In this document: positions 8,352 through 21,000 of the stretch, piece after piece
How the letters are laid out: each line of letters starts with the position of its first letter
Position numbering within the stretch: position 1 is the stretch's first letter
Assembly: GCA_022777205.1 (NCBI GenBank)
Contig: JALFGP010000037.1
Location: 2,819 to 66,818, forward strand
DNA length: 64,000 bases
Origin: Rikenellaceae bacterium
GTDB taxonomy: Bacteria > Bacteroidota > Bacteroidia > Bacteroidales > UBA932
Direction: 5' to 3'
Notes under the pieces: generated by a model
Told to the model about the DNA's origin: nothing
Seen by the model: the letters and a program-made list of their open reading frames with translations, nothing else
The model's database searches: none
Program-made: the position numbers and the translations under genes

Positions 8352-10928
8352 ATGGAAAACTTCGAAGAACAGTTTACCGGAAAGATCGAGCAGGTTGACA
8401 TCGACCAGGAAATGAGGAGTGCGTACATCGACTATTCGATGTCGGTCATCGTGTCCCGAGCCCTTCCGGACGTCAGAGACGGTTTCAAACCTGTGCACAG
8501 GCGTGTGCTTTACGGAATGGACGGCTTGGGCCTCTCTTATTCAGGACAGACAAAAAAATCGGCCAGAATCGTGGGTGAGGTTCTGGGTAAATATCACCCG
8601 CACGGAGATTCCAGCGTATATGATGCTATGGCGCGTCTGGCCCAGTGGTGGAGCGTGAGATATCCTCTGGTTTTCGGTCAGGGTAACTTCGGTTCTATGG
8701 ACGGCGACCCGGTGGCTGCAATGCGTTACACCGAGGCCAAGCTCGAAAAAATATCTGAGGACATACTGGGTGACCTTGATAAGGACACCGTGGATATGCA
8801 GAACAACTTCGACGACTCTCTGCAGGAGCCGACCGTGATGCCGACAAAGCTGCCTCTGGTGCTGCTGAACGGGTCCTCCGGAATTGCAGTCGGTATGGCC
8901 ACCAATATGGCTCCGCACAACCTGAGCGAGTGCTGCGACGGAATCTGTGCCTATATCGACAATCCGGACATCACCACGGATGAACTGATGCACTATATCA
9001 AAGGCCCGGATTTTCCGACAGGAGGCATCATTATGGGCCGTCAGGGCATCAGGGATGCATTCGAGACCGGACAGGGCAGAATAGTCATCCGTTCCAAGAC
9101 TGAAATTGAGGTGAGCGAAAGTGGCAGGGAAACCATAGTCGTGACCGAAATCCCTTATATGGTCAACAAACGCGAACTCATCGAGAAGATTGCGGAACTT
9201 GTTGAGACAAAGAAGGTTGATGGAATTTCATATGTCAATGACGAGACCGGCAGGGACGGTGTGAGAATAGTTATACGTCTGAAGATGGGAGCCAATTCAA
9301 GCGTGGTTCTGAACAATCTCTTCAAATATTCTCCGCTGCAGTCCAGCTTCTCTGTGAACAATGTGGCTCTGGTGGGAGGGCGTCCTTACACGCTCAGCCT
9401 CAAGGAGATAATCAGACATTTTGTGGAGTTCCGCCACGATGTGATAGTGCGCAGGACCAAATTCGACCTCAAGAAGGCACAGGCCCGAGCCCACATCCTG
9501 GAAGGTTTGCTCAAGGCTTTGGACATAATTGACGAAATCATCGCGATTATCCGATCATCCAGAAATGTGGACGATGCCAAATCGACGCTCATCGAGAGGT
9601 TTGAGTTCACAGACATTCAGGCCTCTGCAATTGTGGAAATGAGGCTCAGACAGCTTACTGGACTCGAAAGGGAGAAACTCCAGGCAGAATACGACGAGCT
9701 GATGAAGTTCATTAAATACTGCATCGACGTTCTCGGCAGCCACGAAATGCAGATGGCTATCATCAAGGATGAGACCCTGAGCATGAAGGAGAAATACGGC
9801 GACGCAAGACGTACCGAAATCACGATGTCTGCGGATGAATTCAATCCTGAGGACTTCTATCCGGACGAGGATGTGGTGGTGACCATTTCGCACCTTGGCT
9901 ATATCAAGAGGACGGCGCTCACCGAATACAGGACCCAGGCTCGCGGAGGAGTGGGAATGAAGGGCGCATCCAAGAGGGATGAAGACTTTATCGAGCATAT
10001 CTATGTGGCCAATATGCACAGCACTCTGCTGCTCTTTACGGAAAGCGCCAAGTGTTTCTGGCTCAAGGTTTATGAGATTCCGGAAGGGTCCCGTGCATCC
10101 AAGGGCAGGGCAATCCAGAACATACTCAACCTCACGGCCGAGGACAGGATCAAGGCTTATTTGAACGTACGCAACCTCAAGGATGAGGAATATGTGAACA
10201 ACAACTATGTGGTGCTTTGCACTAAGAACGGCATCATCAAGAAGACCACGCTTGAGGCTTATTCAAGACCTCGTGCCAACGGAGTGATTGCCCTCACCAT
10301 CAAGGAAGGAGACGAATTGCTGGATGTGGCACTGACCAGCGGCAGCAGCGAGATTTTCATTGCCGGAAAGCAGGGCCGCTGCGTGAGGTTCGATGAGGGC
10401 GATGTGCGTCCTATGGGCCGTACGGCAGCCGGAGTGAAGGCCATCAACCTGGACGATGAGGATAACGAAGTGGTGGGTATGCTCAGCTATGAGCCTTCAG
10501 CAGAGGATGCTGCTTCCCACAACATCTTGGTAGTCAGCTCCAACGGTTATGGTAAGCGTTCCGATTTTGAGGAATACCGCAAGACCAACCGTGGCAGCAA
10601 GGGTGTCAAGACCATCAGCATCACCGACAAGACCGGAGATCTGATTGCCATCAAGAATGTCACCGATGAGGATGACCTTATGATTATCACCCGTTCCGGT
10701 CTTACCATCAGGATGGCTGTTTCCGACATCAGGGTTGCAGGACGTGCTACCCAGGGTGTGCGCCTTATAAATATAAAGGAAGGAGATTCCATTGCTGCGG
10801 TTTCTGTGGTTGCAAAAAATGAGGAAGAGGAGACAGAGGCTCCGGTGGAGCAGCCTTTGCAGGAAGCCCCGGAAGTTGCTGATGTACAGCAGGATGGACA
10901 GATAAATGATAATCAGCAAGATAATTAA
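8352..10928 (+). CDS. gyrA: DNA gyrase subunit A
   Basis: [31 protein letters not shown] (catalytic Tyr), GyrA box QARGGVG and C-terminal pinwheel repeats. Confidence 0.98.
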   Translation: MENFEEQFTGKIEQVDIDQEMRSAYIDYSMSVIVSRALPDVRDGFKPVHRRVLYGMDGLGLSYSGQTKKSARIVGEVLGKYHPHGDSSVYDAMARLAQWWSVRYPLVFGQGNFGSMDGDPVAAMRYTEAKLEKISEDILGDLDKDTVDMQNNFDDSLQEPTVMPTKLPLVLLNGSSGIAVGMATNMAPHNLSECCDGICAYIDNPDITTDELMHYIKGPDFPTGGIIMGRQGIRDAFETGQGRIVIRSKTEIEVSESGRETIVVTEIPYMVNKRELIEKIAELVETKKVDGISYVNDETGRDGVRIVIRLKMGANSSVVLNNLFKYSPLQSSFSVNNVALVGGRPYTLSLKEIIRHFVEFRHDVIVRRTKFDLKKAQARAHILEGLLKALDIIDEIIAIIRSSRNVDDAKSTLIERFEFTDIQASAIVEMRLRQLTGLEREKLQAEYDELMKFIKYCIDVLGSHEMQMAIIKDETLSMKEKYGDARRTEITMSADEFNPEDFYPDEDVVVTISHLGYIKRTALTEYRTQARGGVGMKGASKRDEDFIEHIYVANMHSTLLLFTESAKCFWLKVYEIPEGSRASKGRAIQNILNLTAEDRIKAYLNVRNLKDEEYVNNNYVVLCTKNGIIKKTTLEAYSRPRANGVIALTIKEGDELLDVALTSGSSEIFIAGKQGRCVRFDEGDVRPMGRTAAGVKAINLDDEDNEVVGMLSYEPSAEDAASHNILVVSSNGYGKRSDFEEYRKTNRGSKGVKTISITDKTGDLIAIKNVTDEDDLMIITRSGLTIRMAVSDIRVAGRATQGVRLINIKEGDSIAAVSVVAKNEEEETEAPVEQPLQEAPEVADVQQDGQINDNQQDN

Positions 10929-10948
10929 AGACTATAAAACCATTTGTT

Positions 10949-12331
10949 ATGAAAAAGTTCATTACCGCAGCGCTCTTGTGCTGCACCGTGATTGTCTCTG
11001 CCCAGCAGAAATCACCGGATGCTTTGAGGACTGCCGTTGCCAAGGCTGAAGCAGCAGCTGAAAATCCTAAAAAAGCTGTAGCTCCTGCCACCTGGATCAA
11101 AATCGGAAAGGCTTATATGGATGCTTACAATGCCCCTGCAGGACAGTTGTGGCTCGGAGCCAGCCTGAATGAAATCCAACTTATTTCAGCAGGACAGACT
11201 CCTATCTCTCAGGAAGACGTCGTTTTGAGCGGGGTTCCATATCTCAAGCAGGTATATGCTGACAAGAATCTCTATTTCGGTGCCAACGGACAGCTCCAGA
11301 TGATTGAGGTGACAGCCCCTGTGTTCGAGGATGCACTTTCTTTAGCACTCAAGGCTTATGCAAAGGCCGGTGAAGTGGATGTCAAACAGTCCAAGAAAAA
11401 GGAAATCGATGCTGCTCTCCAGGATATTGCACAGAAGTATCTTACCGAAGGATTGAATGAATACACTCTCGGAAGGCTAGACCGCTCCAGCGTGAAGTTT
11501 GAAAAGGCAGCTGAGGCTTCTGCAACAGCACCTCTGTGTGTGGTTGATACTACAGCCCTTTACAACGCAGGTTTCACAGCTTGGATGGATGCCACCAACA
11601 CTGCTGATTCCCTTGCAGCCGTTGCAAAATTCGACCGCGCTCGTGTATTTTTCGAGAAATGTGCCGAGAACAATTATTTCTATGAGGACGGTGAGGTTTA
11701 CGCAAAACTCCACGATGTTTACAAGCACCTCGGAGACAATGAGAAGGCAAAGTCTGTGATTGAGGCAGGTTTCAGTCAGTTCCCTCAGAGTCAGAGCATT
11801 CTGATTTCCCTGATCAATTTCTATATCGAGAACCACGAGGACCCGAACAAGCTTTTCGCTCTGCTCGACGTGGCAATCCAGAACGAGCCGAACAATGCTT
11901 CCCTCTACTATGTGAAGGGAAATATCTACAACGAGTTGGCTGACAAGACTGAGGATCCGACCGAAAAGGCAAATCTGAAAGCTCAGGCAAAGGCTTCCTA
12001 CTACAAGTGTGCTGAAATCAATCCGGATTATGAATACGGATTCATCGGTGCAGGTGTGATGTACTACAACGATGCTGTGGTGCTTTCTGAGAAAGCTTCA
12101 AATGAATACGATGACAAAAAGTACGAGGCTCTTGTTAAGGAGTTCGAGCAGTACCTCAAGGATGCAATCGAGCCGTTTGAGAAGGCATATGCTATAACCA
12201 AGTCAGTAGATATCAAGAACAGCGTGGCTCTTTATCTGAAGAACATCTACTATCGTTTCAGCAGCCAGAGCGACGAATATCTTGCTCTTTACAAGAAATA
12301 CGATGAGATTGTTAAACAGTCTCAGCAATAG
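10949..12331 (+). CDS. Exported tetratricopeptide-repeat protein
   Basis: Signal peptide ending VSA|Q. Repeated helical TPR-like units (ALYNAG, A..YYVKGNIY, YKCAEINPDY). Confidence 0.8.
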   Translation: MKKFITAALLCCTVIVSAQQKSPDALRTAVAKAEAAAENPKKAVAPATWIKIGKAYMDAYNAPAGQLWLGASLNEIQLISAGQTPISQEDVVLSGVPYLKQVYADKNLYFGANGQLQMIEVTAPVFEDALSLALKAYAKAGEVDVKQSKKKEIDAALQDIAQKYLTEGLNEYTLGRLDRSSVKFEKAAEASATAPLCVVDTTALYNAGFTAWMDATNTADSLAAVAKFDRARVFFEKCAENNYFYEDGEVYAKLHDVYKHLGDNEKAKSVIEAGFSQFPQSQSILISLINFYIENHEDPNKLFALLDVAIQNEPNNASLYYVKGNIYNELADKTEDPTEKANLKAQAKASYYKCAEINPDYEYGFIGAGVMYYNDAVVLSEKASNEYDDKKYEALVKEFEQYLKDAIEPFEKAYAITKSVDIKNSVALYLKNIYYRFSSQSDEYLALYKKYDEIVKQSQQ

Positions 12332-12351
12332 TTTTTGCTGAATATCCATTG

Positions 12352-12382
12352 AAGCGGGAAGATGATTCTTTCCGCTTTTTTG
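12352..12382 (+). terminator. Intrinsic terminator after the gyrA-TPR operon
   Basis: aagcgggaaga-tgat-tctttccgctt followed by a T-run. Confidence 0.8.
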
Positions 12383-12530
12383 TATTATTTGCGGTCGGCT
12401 AAATTACTATTCATCTGATTCTTAATGCAGTTTGTCCAAAAATTATTTGTATTATAGTCGCCTGCTCTTGAATGGTAATACTAATGTGTATAAATTTGTG
12501 AGTGTTATTCATCAGCTTACTAATTAATAA

Positions 12531-14690
<2,160 letters not shown>

Positions 14691-14697
14691 AGGCAGT

Positions 14698-15555
14698 TCA
14701 GGCTTCGATGACCAGTCCGTCATAGGCGGGCAGTACGGAGGAGCCTGAAAGTTCTTTCACGAAGTCTGCGTAACGTGGCAGACGGTCGCTGAGGTGGGTG
14801 AGCCAGGAATGTCTGGCGCCCACCTTTTCGCATACCTGCAGCGCCTGCTCAAGTCCCCAGTGCGAGTTGTGGGTGCCCCTCTTTACCGTATTGATAATGA
14901 AATGCTCCAGGCCTTCGAGCTTGCTGAATTCCTCTTCCGGGATATAGTTCATATCGGTGCAGTAGGCTATGTCCCCGAAACGGAAACCCAAGACCGGAAG
15001 TGCCGCGTGGAAGCCCCTTATGGGGATAATACGGGTGCTGCGAAGATGCGGACCTCCGGGAAGGGGAATCTCCTTGTAGCCTTCGTTGCTTACCCATTGC
15101 AGGCGTGGGGCGTTGTCGTCCACAATCACCTCGAAAGGCTGGTTTTCTATGTTGTGTATGTGCCACTCCGGAACTCCGGGATATTTGTTTTCGGAGAATG
15201 CGTAGGCATATTCCTGTCTCAGGGAGTCCTCCACGTACTTTTCGCAGTAGATGTCGCAGGCGCGTCCCTCGGTGTAATTCAGGGCCCTCACATCGTCCAG
15301 TCCTCCGGTGTGGTCCTTGTGATTGTGGGTGAGGAGTATGGCATCCAGATGGGTGATACCTTCGCGTAGCATCTGGGACCGGAAATCAGGGCCGGCATCC
15401 ACCAGTATGGTCATCCCTTCGTGTTCCACAAGCACGCTTGACCTGAATCTCTTGTCCTTGGGGTCTGTGCTTTTGCATACCGGGCAGTTGCAGCCTATCA
15501 CCGGCACTCCCTGTGAAGTGCCGCTGCCCATAAATGTGAGTCTTGTCTTTGTCAT
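14698..15555 (-). CDS. MBL-fold metallohydrolase (PhnP/YcfH-like)
   Basis: GSGTSQGVPVIGCNCPVC, THNHKDHTGGLDD and H motifs. Start MTKTRL at 15555 overlaps the mtaB stop (ATGA). Confidence 0.9.
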   Translation of the reverse strand: MTKTRLTFMGSGTSQGVPVIGCNCPVCKSTDPKDKRFRSSVLVEHEGMTILVDAGPDFRSQMLREGITHLDAILLTHNHKDHTGGLDDVRALNYTEGRACDIYCEKYVEDSLRQEYAYAFSENKYPGVPEWHIHNIENQPFEVIVDDNAPRLQWVSNEGYKEIPLPGGPHLRSTRIIPIRGFHAALPVLGFRFGDIAYCTDMNYIPEEEFSKLEGLEHFIINTVKRGTHNSHWGLEQALQVCEKVGARHSWLTHLSDRLPRYADFVKELSGSSVLPAYDGLVIEA

Positions 15556-16880
15556 TCTTCCGGTTCTGTCAGGTCCTTGTCCAAACCTGTGTTGTTGCGG
15601 TCCAGTGTAATTTCCGTGCAATTGCCGATTTGTCCTTCCCGGCAGCTCACTTTAATGTAGTTTTCGGTGTATCCGCTCAGGCTTCCGTCTTTCAACTTGC
15701 TCTCAATCAGCACTTTCGCCTTGTCTCCCAAGCAACTTTCTATGAACTCCCTGTGGAGTCTCGCGCTGAGTTTCTCAAGCCTTGCAACCCTCTCCGTCTT
15801 GATGCTGTCCTGCACCTGGTCCTTGCGCAATGCCGCTGGAGTGCCTGCCCTGCGGGAGTAGGGGAATACGTGTATGAATGCAGGTCTTGCGACATTTTCG
15901 AGAAAGTCGAGGGTCTGCCTGAAATGCTCCTCTGTCTCTCCAGGAAAGCCCACGATTACGTCTATTCCGAAAAATACCTTGCGGGGAGCAAAGGCACGGC
16001 GTATGAGTTCGAGTTTTGATGCGAAGGCTGCCGTGTCATATCTGCGTCCCATCTGGACCAGTATTTCATCACAACCGCTCTGCAGGGGGATATGGAAATG
16101 GGGCAGGAATTTGGTCCCGTCCGCAAGCCACAGCACCATTTCTTCGGTGAGCAGGTTGGGTTCAATTGATGAAATGCGGTATCTTTCAATACCTTCGACA
16201 TCGTTGAGCTTGCGTATGAGCTCGAAGAACGACTCTCCGGTGCTTTTCCCGAAATCTCCCGTGTTCACTCCCGTGAGCACAATCTCCTTGCACCCGGTCG
16301 CGGCAATCTCCTCCGCCTTGTGCACGATGGCTTCAATGGGCTCGTTGCGGCTTTCACCCCGGGCATAAGGCACTGTGCAGTAGGCACATTTGAAGTCGCA
16401 TCCGTCCTGGACCTTGAGGAAGGAACGGGTGCGTTCCCCGGTGGAATAAGCTCCGAAGAAATCTGTCCTTGAGCAAACTTGAGGATTCCCGTCCGCAGTC
16501 GCGCTTGAACTGAGACTAAGTATATGATCCAGCATCCGGGGCACGACCTGGGATTTCTCCTTTGCTCCGAAGACTTTCTGCACACCTTCAAGAGCCTCAA
16601 TCTCCGGCCTTTTGAGTTCGGCATAACAGCCGGTCACAAAGATTGCGGCCTCGGGAGACTGTCTGTGCAGCTTCCTGATTATATTGCGGCATTTCTTGTC
16701 CGAATGTTCCGTCACCGAGCAGGTGTTCACAAGGTACAGGTCCGCACCTTGGGACCAGGGTACGACTTCGAGACAGTTGCCTGCATCGCTGCCAAGCAAC
16801 TTGCGCTCGTATGTGGATGTTTCCGCATAATTGAGTTTGCATCCCAGCGTTAGAAATGCAATTTTCAGAGGACTATTCAT
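15552..16880 (-). CDS. mtaB: tRNA ms2t6A37 methylthiotransferase MtaB
   Basis: TLGCKLNYAET, NTCSVT, VTGCYA, radical-SAM CDFKCAYC, HIPLQSG and a C-terminal TRAM-like region. Confidence 0.92.
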   Translation of the reverse strand: MNSPLKIAFLTLGCKLNYAETSTYERKLLGSDAGNCLEVVPWSQGADLYLVNTCSVTEHSDKKCRNIIRKLHRQSPEAAIFVTGCYAELKRPEIEALEGVQKVFGAKEKSQVVPRMLDHILSLSSSATADGNPQVCSRTDFFGAYSTGERTRSFLKVQDGCDFKCAYCTVPYARGESRNEPIEAIVHKAEEIAATGCKEIVLTGVNTGDFGKSTGESFFELIRKLNDVEGIERYRISSIEPNLLTEEMVLWLADGTKFLPHFHIPLQSGCDEILVQMGRRYDTAAFASKLELIRRAFAPRKVFFGIDVIVGFPGETEEHFRQTLDFLENVARPAFIHVFPYSRRAGTPAALRKDQVQDSIKTERVARLEKLSARLHREFIESCLGDKAKVLIESKLKDGSLSGYTENYIKVSCREGQIGNCTEITLDRNNTGLDKDLTEPEE

Positions 16881-16886
16881 ATTTGA

Positions 16887-17255
16887 TCAGCAGGCACAGC
16901 CTCCGTCCACAGTGATTCTGGACCAGGCTGCCTTTCCGCCTTCGATTGGGGGATTCTGTTTCGATACTCTGATGGAAAAATGCTCCAGACGCGGGTATCT
17001 CTTCTCTATGGCCCTGACTATTCTTGCGGCCACGGTCTCGATGAGCCTCGACGGCTGCTGCATTTCCCGAGCCACAATCTTGTGGATTTCAGCCACATCC
17101 ACGGTGTCTTTCAAATCATCCGAGGCCGCTGCCCTTGCTATGTCCAGTTCAGACATAAAATCCACGACGAAATGGTTGCCTTGCTTTCTTTCCTCTTCGC
17201 TGCAACCGTGGTTGGAATGGAATTCCATTCCTTCAAGTTCAAGCAAACTTGTCAT
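16887..17255 (-). CDS. folB: Dihydroneopterin aldolase
   Basis: FHSNHGCSEEERKQGNHF, TVD, LIETVA and KQNPP motifs. Confidence 0.92.
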   Translation of the reverse strand: MTSLLELEGMEFHSNHGCSEEERKQGNHFVVDFMSELDIARAAASDDLKDTVDVAEIHKIVAREMQQPSRLIETVAARIVRAIEKRYPRLEHFSIRVSKQNPPIEGGKAAWSRITVDGGCAC

Positions 17256-17311
17256 AATTCCTATGTGTTTATATTGCCGGCGTGTCCGACAATGCCGTTA
17301 AAACCAACTAT

Positions 17312-18037
17312 TCAGAACCACCTGCCCATTATAAAGACGCATGGGCGTTTCCCGATACGGAAGCCTCCCTTGAGCTTTGACCTCCATTGCCCTGCATTAA
17401 GCGTCAGTATGAACTCGTCAGCAGTGGTGATGTCCGCAGCCACGCAGAGCAGTGTCTCACTCCGGCATACGCTCACAAAATCCTCCAGCAGGGAATCATT
17501 GCGGTAGGGGGTCTCGATGAAAATGTGGCTCTTGCCCGTAGCGTCAACAATTTTCTCAATATCCTTGAGCCTGGAACGCCTCTCCACGGTCTTGGCCGGA
17601 AGATAGCCGCAAAATTCAAAGGTCTGGCCGTTCAGACCGGACCCCATCAGCGCCAGCATCATAGACGAGGGTCCCACCAGAGGTACCACCCTGATTCCAT
17701 GTCTATGGCACAATGCCACCAGTTTCGCTCCGGGATCCGCCACAGCAGGCAGTCCAGCCTCCGATATCATAGCCACATCGCCCCTTTCGAAAAGTTCTGC
17801 AAGGGCCTCCACTGAAGCCTGGTCACTATGTTCATTCAACTCGTGGAATTCCAGCTCAGCTATGTGCCCTTTCAGACCGGCCTGAGACAGATACCGTCTT
17901 GCAGTCCGCAATTCCTCCACCACGAAAATCCGGATTTCCCTGAGTCTCTCCAGCACAGGTGCGGGAATCACCGTTCCGGGTTCGTAATCTCCCAGCGGTG
18001 CCGGCACCAGATATAATTTGTTGTCCATATTTGTCAT
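17312..18037 (-). CDS. SAM-dependent tetrapyrrole-methylase-family methyltransferase (RsmI-like)
   Basis: SEAGLPAVADPG, GPSS..LALMGSGLNGQ.F.F.GYLP and FIETPYRN motifs. Confidence 0.85.
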   Translation of the reverse strand: MTNMDNKLYLVPAPLGDYEPGTVIPAPVLERLREIRIFVVEELRTARRYLSQAGLKGHIAELEFHELNEHSDQASVEALAELFERGDVAMISEAGLPAVADPGAKLVALCHRHGIRVVPLVGPSSMMLALMGSGLNGQTFEFCGYLPAKTVERRSRLKDIEKIVDATGKSHIFIETPYRNDSLLEDFVSVCRSETLLCVAADITTADEFILTLNAGQWRSKLKGGFRIGKRPCVFIMGRWF

Positions 18038-21000
18038 TTCAGTGCTTCTTCAATGCTGATTGTCTGTAAATCCTTGCGGTCTTCGTCGCTTATGCCGTTG
18101 AACTCCACCTGGTAGGCCATACCCAGACCGTTCCTTTGGGAATTGTCCAGATAATTGGTGTACTGGTCGGCTGAATGGGAGAACAGATTCAGACGCCAGG
18201 ACCCCTTCCTGTCCAGCTTGATTTCTATTTCAATGTCTCCCACTATATCGGTGTTAGACCCGGAGGTCTTGTATTGGCGATTGCCTATGTTTCCGTTCAC
18301 AATTACCCTGTTGTTGAAAAGCTGGGTGGAGACCGCCACGTCGAAGACATCGTTGCCCCTGTCGTTGGGCTGATAGTTCAGGCCGAGGTCCAGAGGGATG
18401 TTGAGCCTCTGGAGTATGTTGTTCAACTGCCCGGACATCACCTCTGACAGGTTGGAGGCAAGAATGGTGGAGGTGTTGAATATTCCCGACTGCTCGTCCG
18501 GCAGGAAGGCGTTGGAGATGATGAGTGAAAGGAACTGTTTCTGGATCTTGTCCTCAGTGCTGAGGGCGCTTTCCACTTTTGATTTTACGGTTGGGTCTAT
18601 GTCCGGCACATCTATGGAGAAACCTATTCTCGGATTACTGAGTTTGTCTGTAATTTGGATGCCGCATTCCACATTCCTTCGGGTGTTGACGGATGTTGTG
18701 TCCGCAATAAGGGTGGACAGGGAGGCCTTTGTCTTGTAAACGGCGTCTATGTTGAGATTGCTGTCCATAATGTCTCCGTTGAACTTGATGGAGCTCCCTT
18801 CCTTGATTTCAAAGTCGCGGGATGCAATGCCCAAGGCCACGAATTTGTAGTTTCCGCTGCTTATGTTATAGTCTCCGTTTATGTCGAATCTCGTGGCACT
18901 GCTGTTGAGTTCCACCATTCCGCTGCCCCTTGCCGAAAGAACGTTTCCGCTGGCCTTGTCGATTTCTATATAGGCCGTTACTCCCGGGGTGGCGTTTACC
19001 CTGAGGTTGATTGCAAAATCGGCGGTCCTGGACTCTATGTCCTTGATTTTCTTCATCATCTCCTCGTATGGATCCACTATCACCGGTACTTCTATACCCT
19101 TGAATCTGAGGAGGTTGTTGTTGCCGGCAGTGCTGGTGTTGGGAATCGGGATATGCAGGTCACCTGTCTTTTCCGTGGATGCGTCTATGTCCAGAACGAG
19201 TGCCGAGAACGGTCCGCGTATGCTTGCTGAACCGCTGCCATAGATGTGTCCGTAAAAATATGGACTTTCCTTTTGGGTCACATTGAGACATTCCATATTG
19301 TGGACTGTGGCCCTCAGGTCCAATTCCGGACGGGTGAATCCACCGAAGAGTATGCTGCCGTCGAGTGTGCCCGTGCCGTTTTCCCTGTCCTTGAGGCTTA
19401 TGCCTTTGAAATGAGCTCCCTCCGTGTCTATTTCCAGGGGACCGTTCACCGTGTAAGGTACGTTTGTGAAGATCAGGCTGAGCAGTCCGTTGTCCAGACG
19501 GAGATTCTCGGAAGCTATTCTGTAGCGTCCCGGAGTGCTGTCATATCTGAGGCTTCCTGACAGTTCACCTCCGATTTCATTGAAAATCTCCCCCACAAAA
19601 GGCTTGGCGATGCCCAGGTTGAACCCGTTGAACCTTGCATCCGCTTCCAGCATTTGGGATGAAGGAGTGTAGAAAGCGTGACCATCGAGCCGCAACTGCC
19701 CTTCGTACAGGTTGTTGATTTGCGCTTCAAAGCGCTTGAAGGTCTTGTCGAAATGGCATCTGGCAGTCAGAAGTCCCAGGTTTACCCCTCCTATGGCTGC
19801 GGAATCGCAAACTATGTCCAGATTCAGGTCCGGCGAAGCTATAGGGGAAACGAGCAGGGCTGAACCGGTTGCACTTCCGCTCAACTGCATATTGTCCGGA
19901 AGCAGAGGATTGAGCAAGTCTATTCCGAACCTTTCCATATCCACTCTCAAACTGTCCCCTCCGTTACTGTCGATGCAGCCGTTGATGCTGATGCCCTGGT
20001 CTCCGTTGCTGAAACCGAATCCGTCTATGCGTATGTGTCCGTCTGCTATGGACAATTCCGCTTCATGGATATCCCAGTCCGCTGAATTTATCCTCATACC
20101 TGAAGGCAGAATTCTCAATTGAAGACTCAAATCTGAGGCTTTGTCACGTCCGAGAGTGCCTAAGGTGAGGATTTCTCCATCGTTACCGTCCTCGACTGAC
20201 TCGCCGTAATTGAAGCCAATTCCGAATTTGTCGTCGTCGGCGTAGAGGCTGAGCCGGGCCTCGTCAATGGACATCTTGGGACCTATGTTGACCAGATTTC
20301 CGAAAATACTGCCGCTGAGACTGCCTTCAGAGTTGGAGAAACTCGCGTCCATATCCTTGATGAATTTGTCCTTGTAGGCTATTCTCGGCGATTTGACACG
20401 TGCCGTGGCCAGACCCTTGGCATCCAGACGCAGGCGTACCGAGGATTTGTCCGCAATGTAGAGTCCCGGTATAAGGAATGACAGCAGGTCCCGGGAATCG
20501 GAAAAATCGAAATTGACTTCGTAACGGTTGCCGCTAAATATCTTTCCGGACCCATTGCCCAGCACCGGAAGGTCCCTGTCCACTGTGACACTCATCAGGT
20601 CGTCCAGGAAAACCAGCGGAGACGCGCTTCCGGCGAATGACCCGTCGAGGAAGGCTGATTTGAACTTCATCCTGCTGATATTGTCCTTGAGGTCTGCCGT
20701 GATGTCCACATTGCCGATATTGTGAACTCCTAAAGAATTCTCCAGAGTCACTCCGTCTATGCTTATCTTTCCGTTTACGTCCCTGTTCTCGCTGGTGGTG
20801 AAGTTGGCGGCGGTCCTGAGCCTGAGGCGGGAGACCGGGCGCTTGTCGAGTTTGAGGGCGTGGAGGTCGGCGTGGCCTATGTTAGCATAGAATTTCCAGA
20901 TTCTGTTGACTGATTTGCTCTTGTCGTTGACCAGGGTGAAAAGTCCCTGAAACAGGAAGTTGAGATTGGGGTCGTTGCAGATTACCTTGCCGTCGAAATA

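Noticed and set aside
8189-8428. 80-aa N-terminal extension of the Clp ATPase, and similar extensions of mazG, the MBL hydrolase, both sulfatases and kdgK
   Set aside because: They overlap neighbouring genes, promoters or terminators; downstream ATGs match family N-termini.
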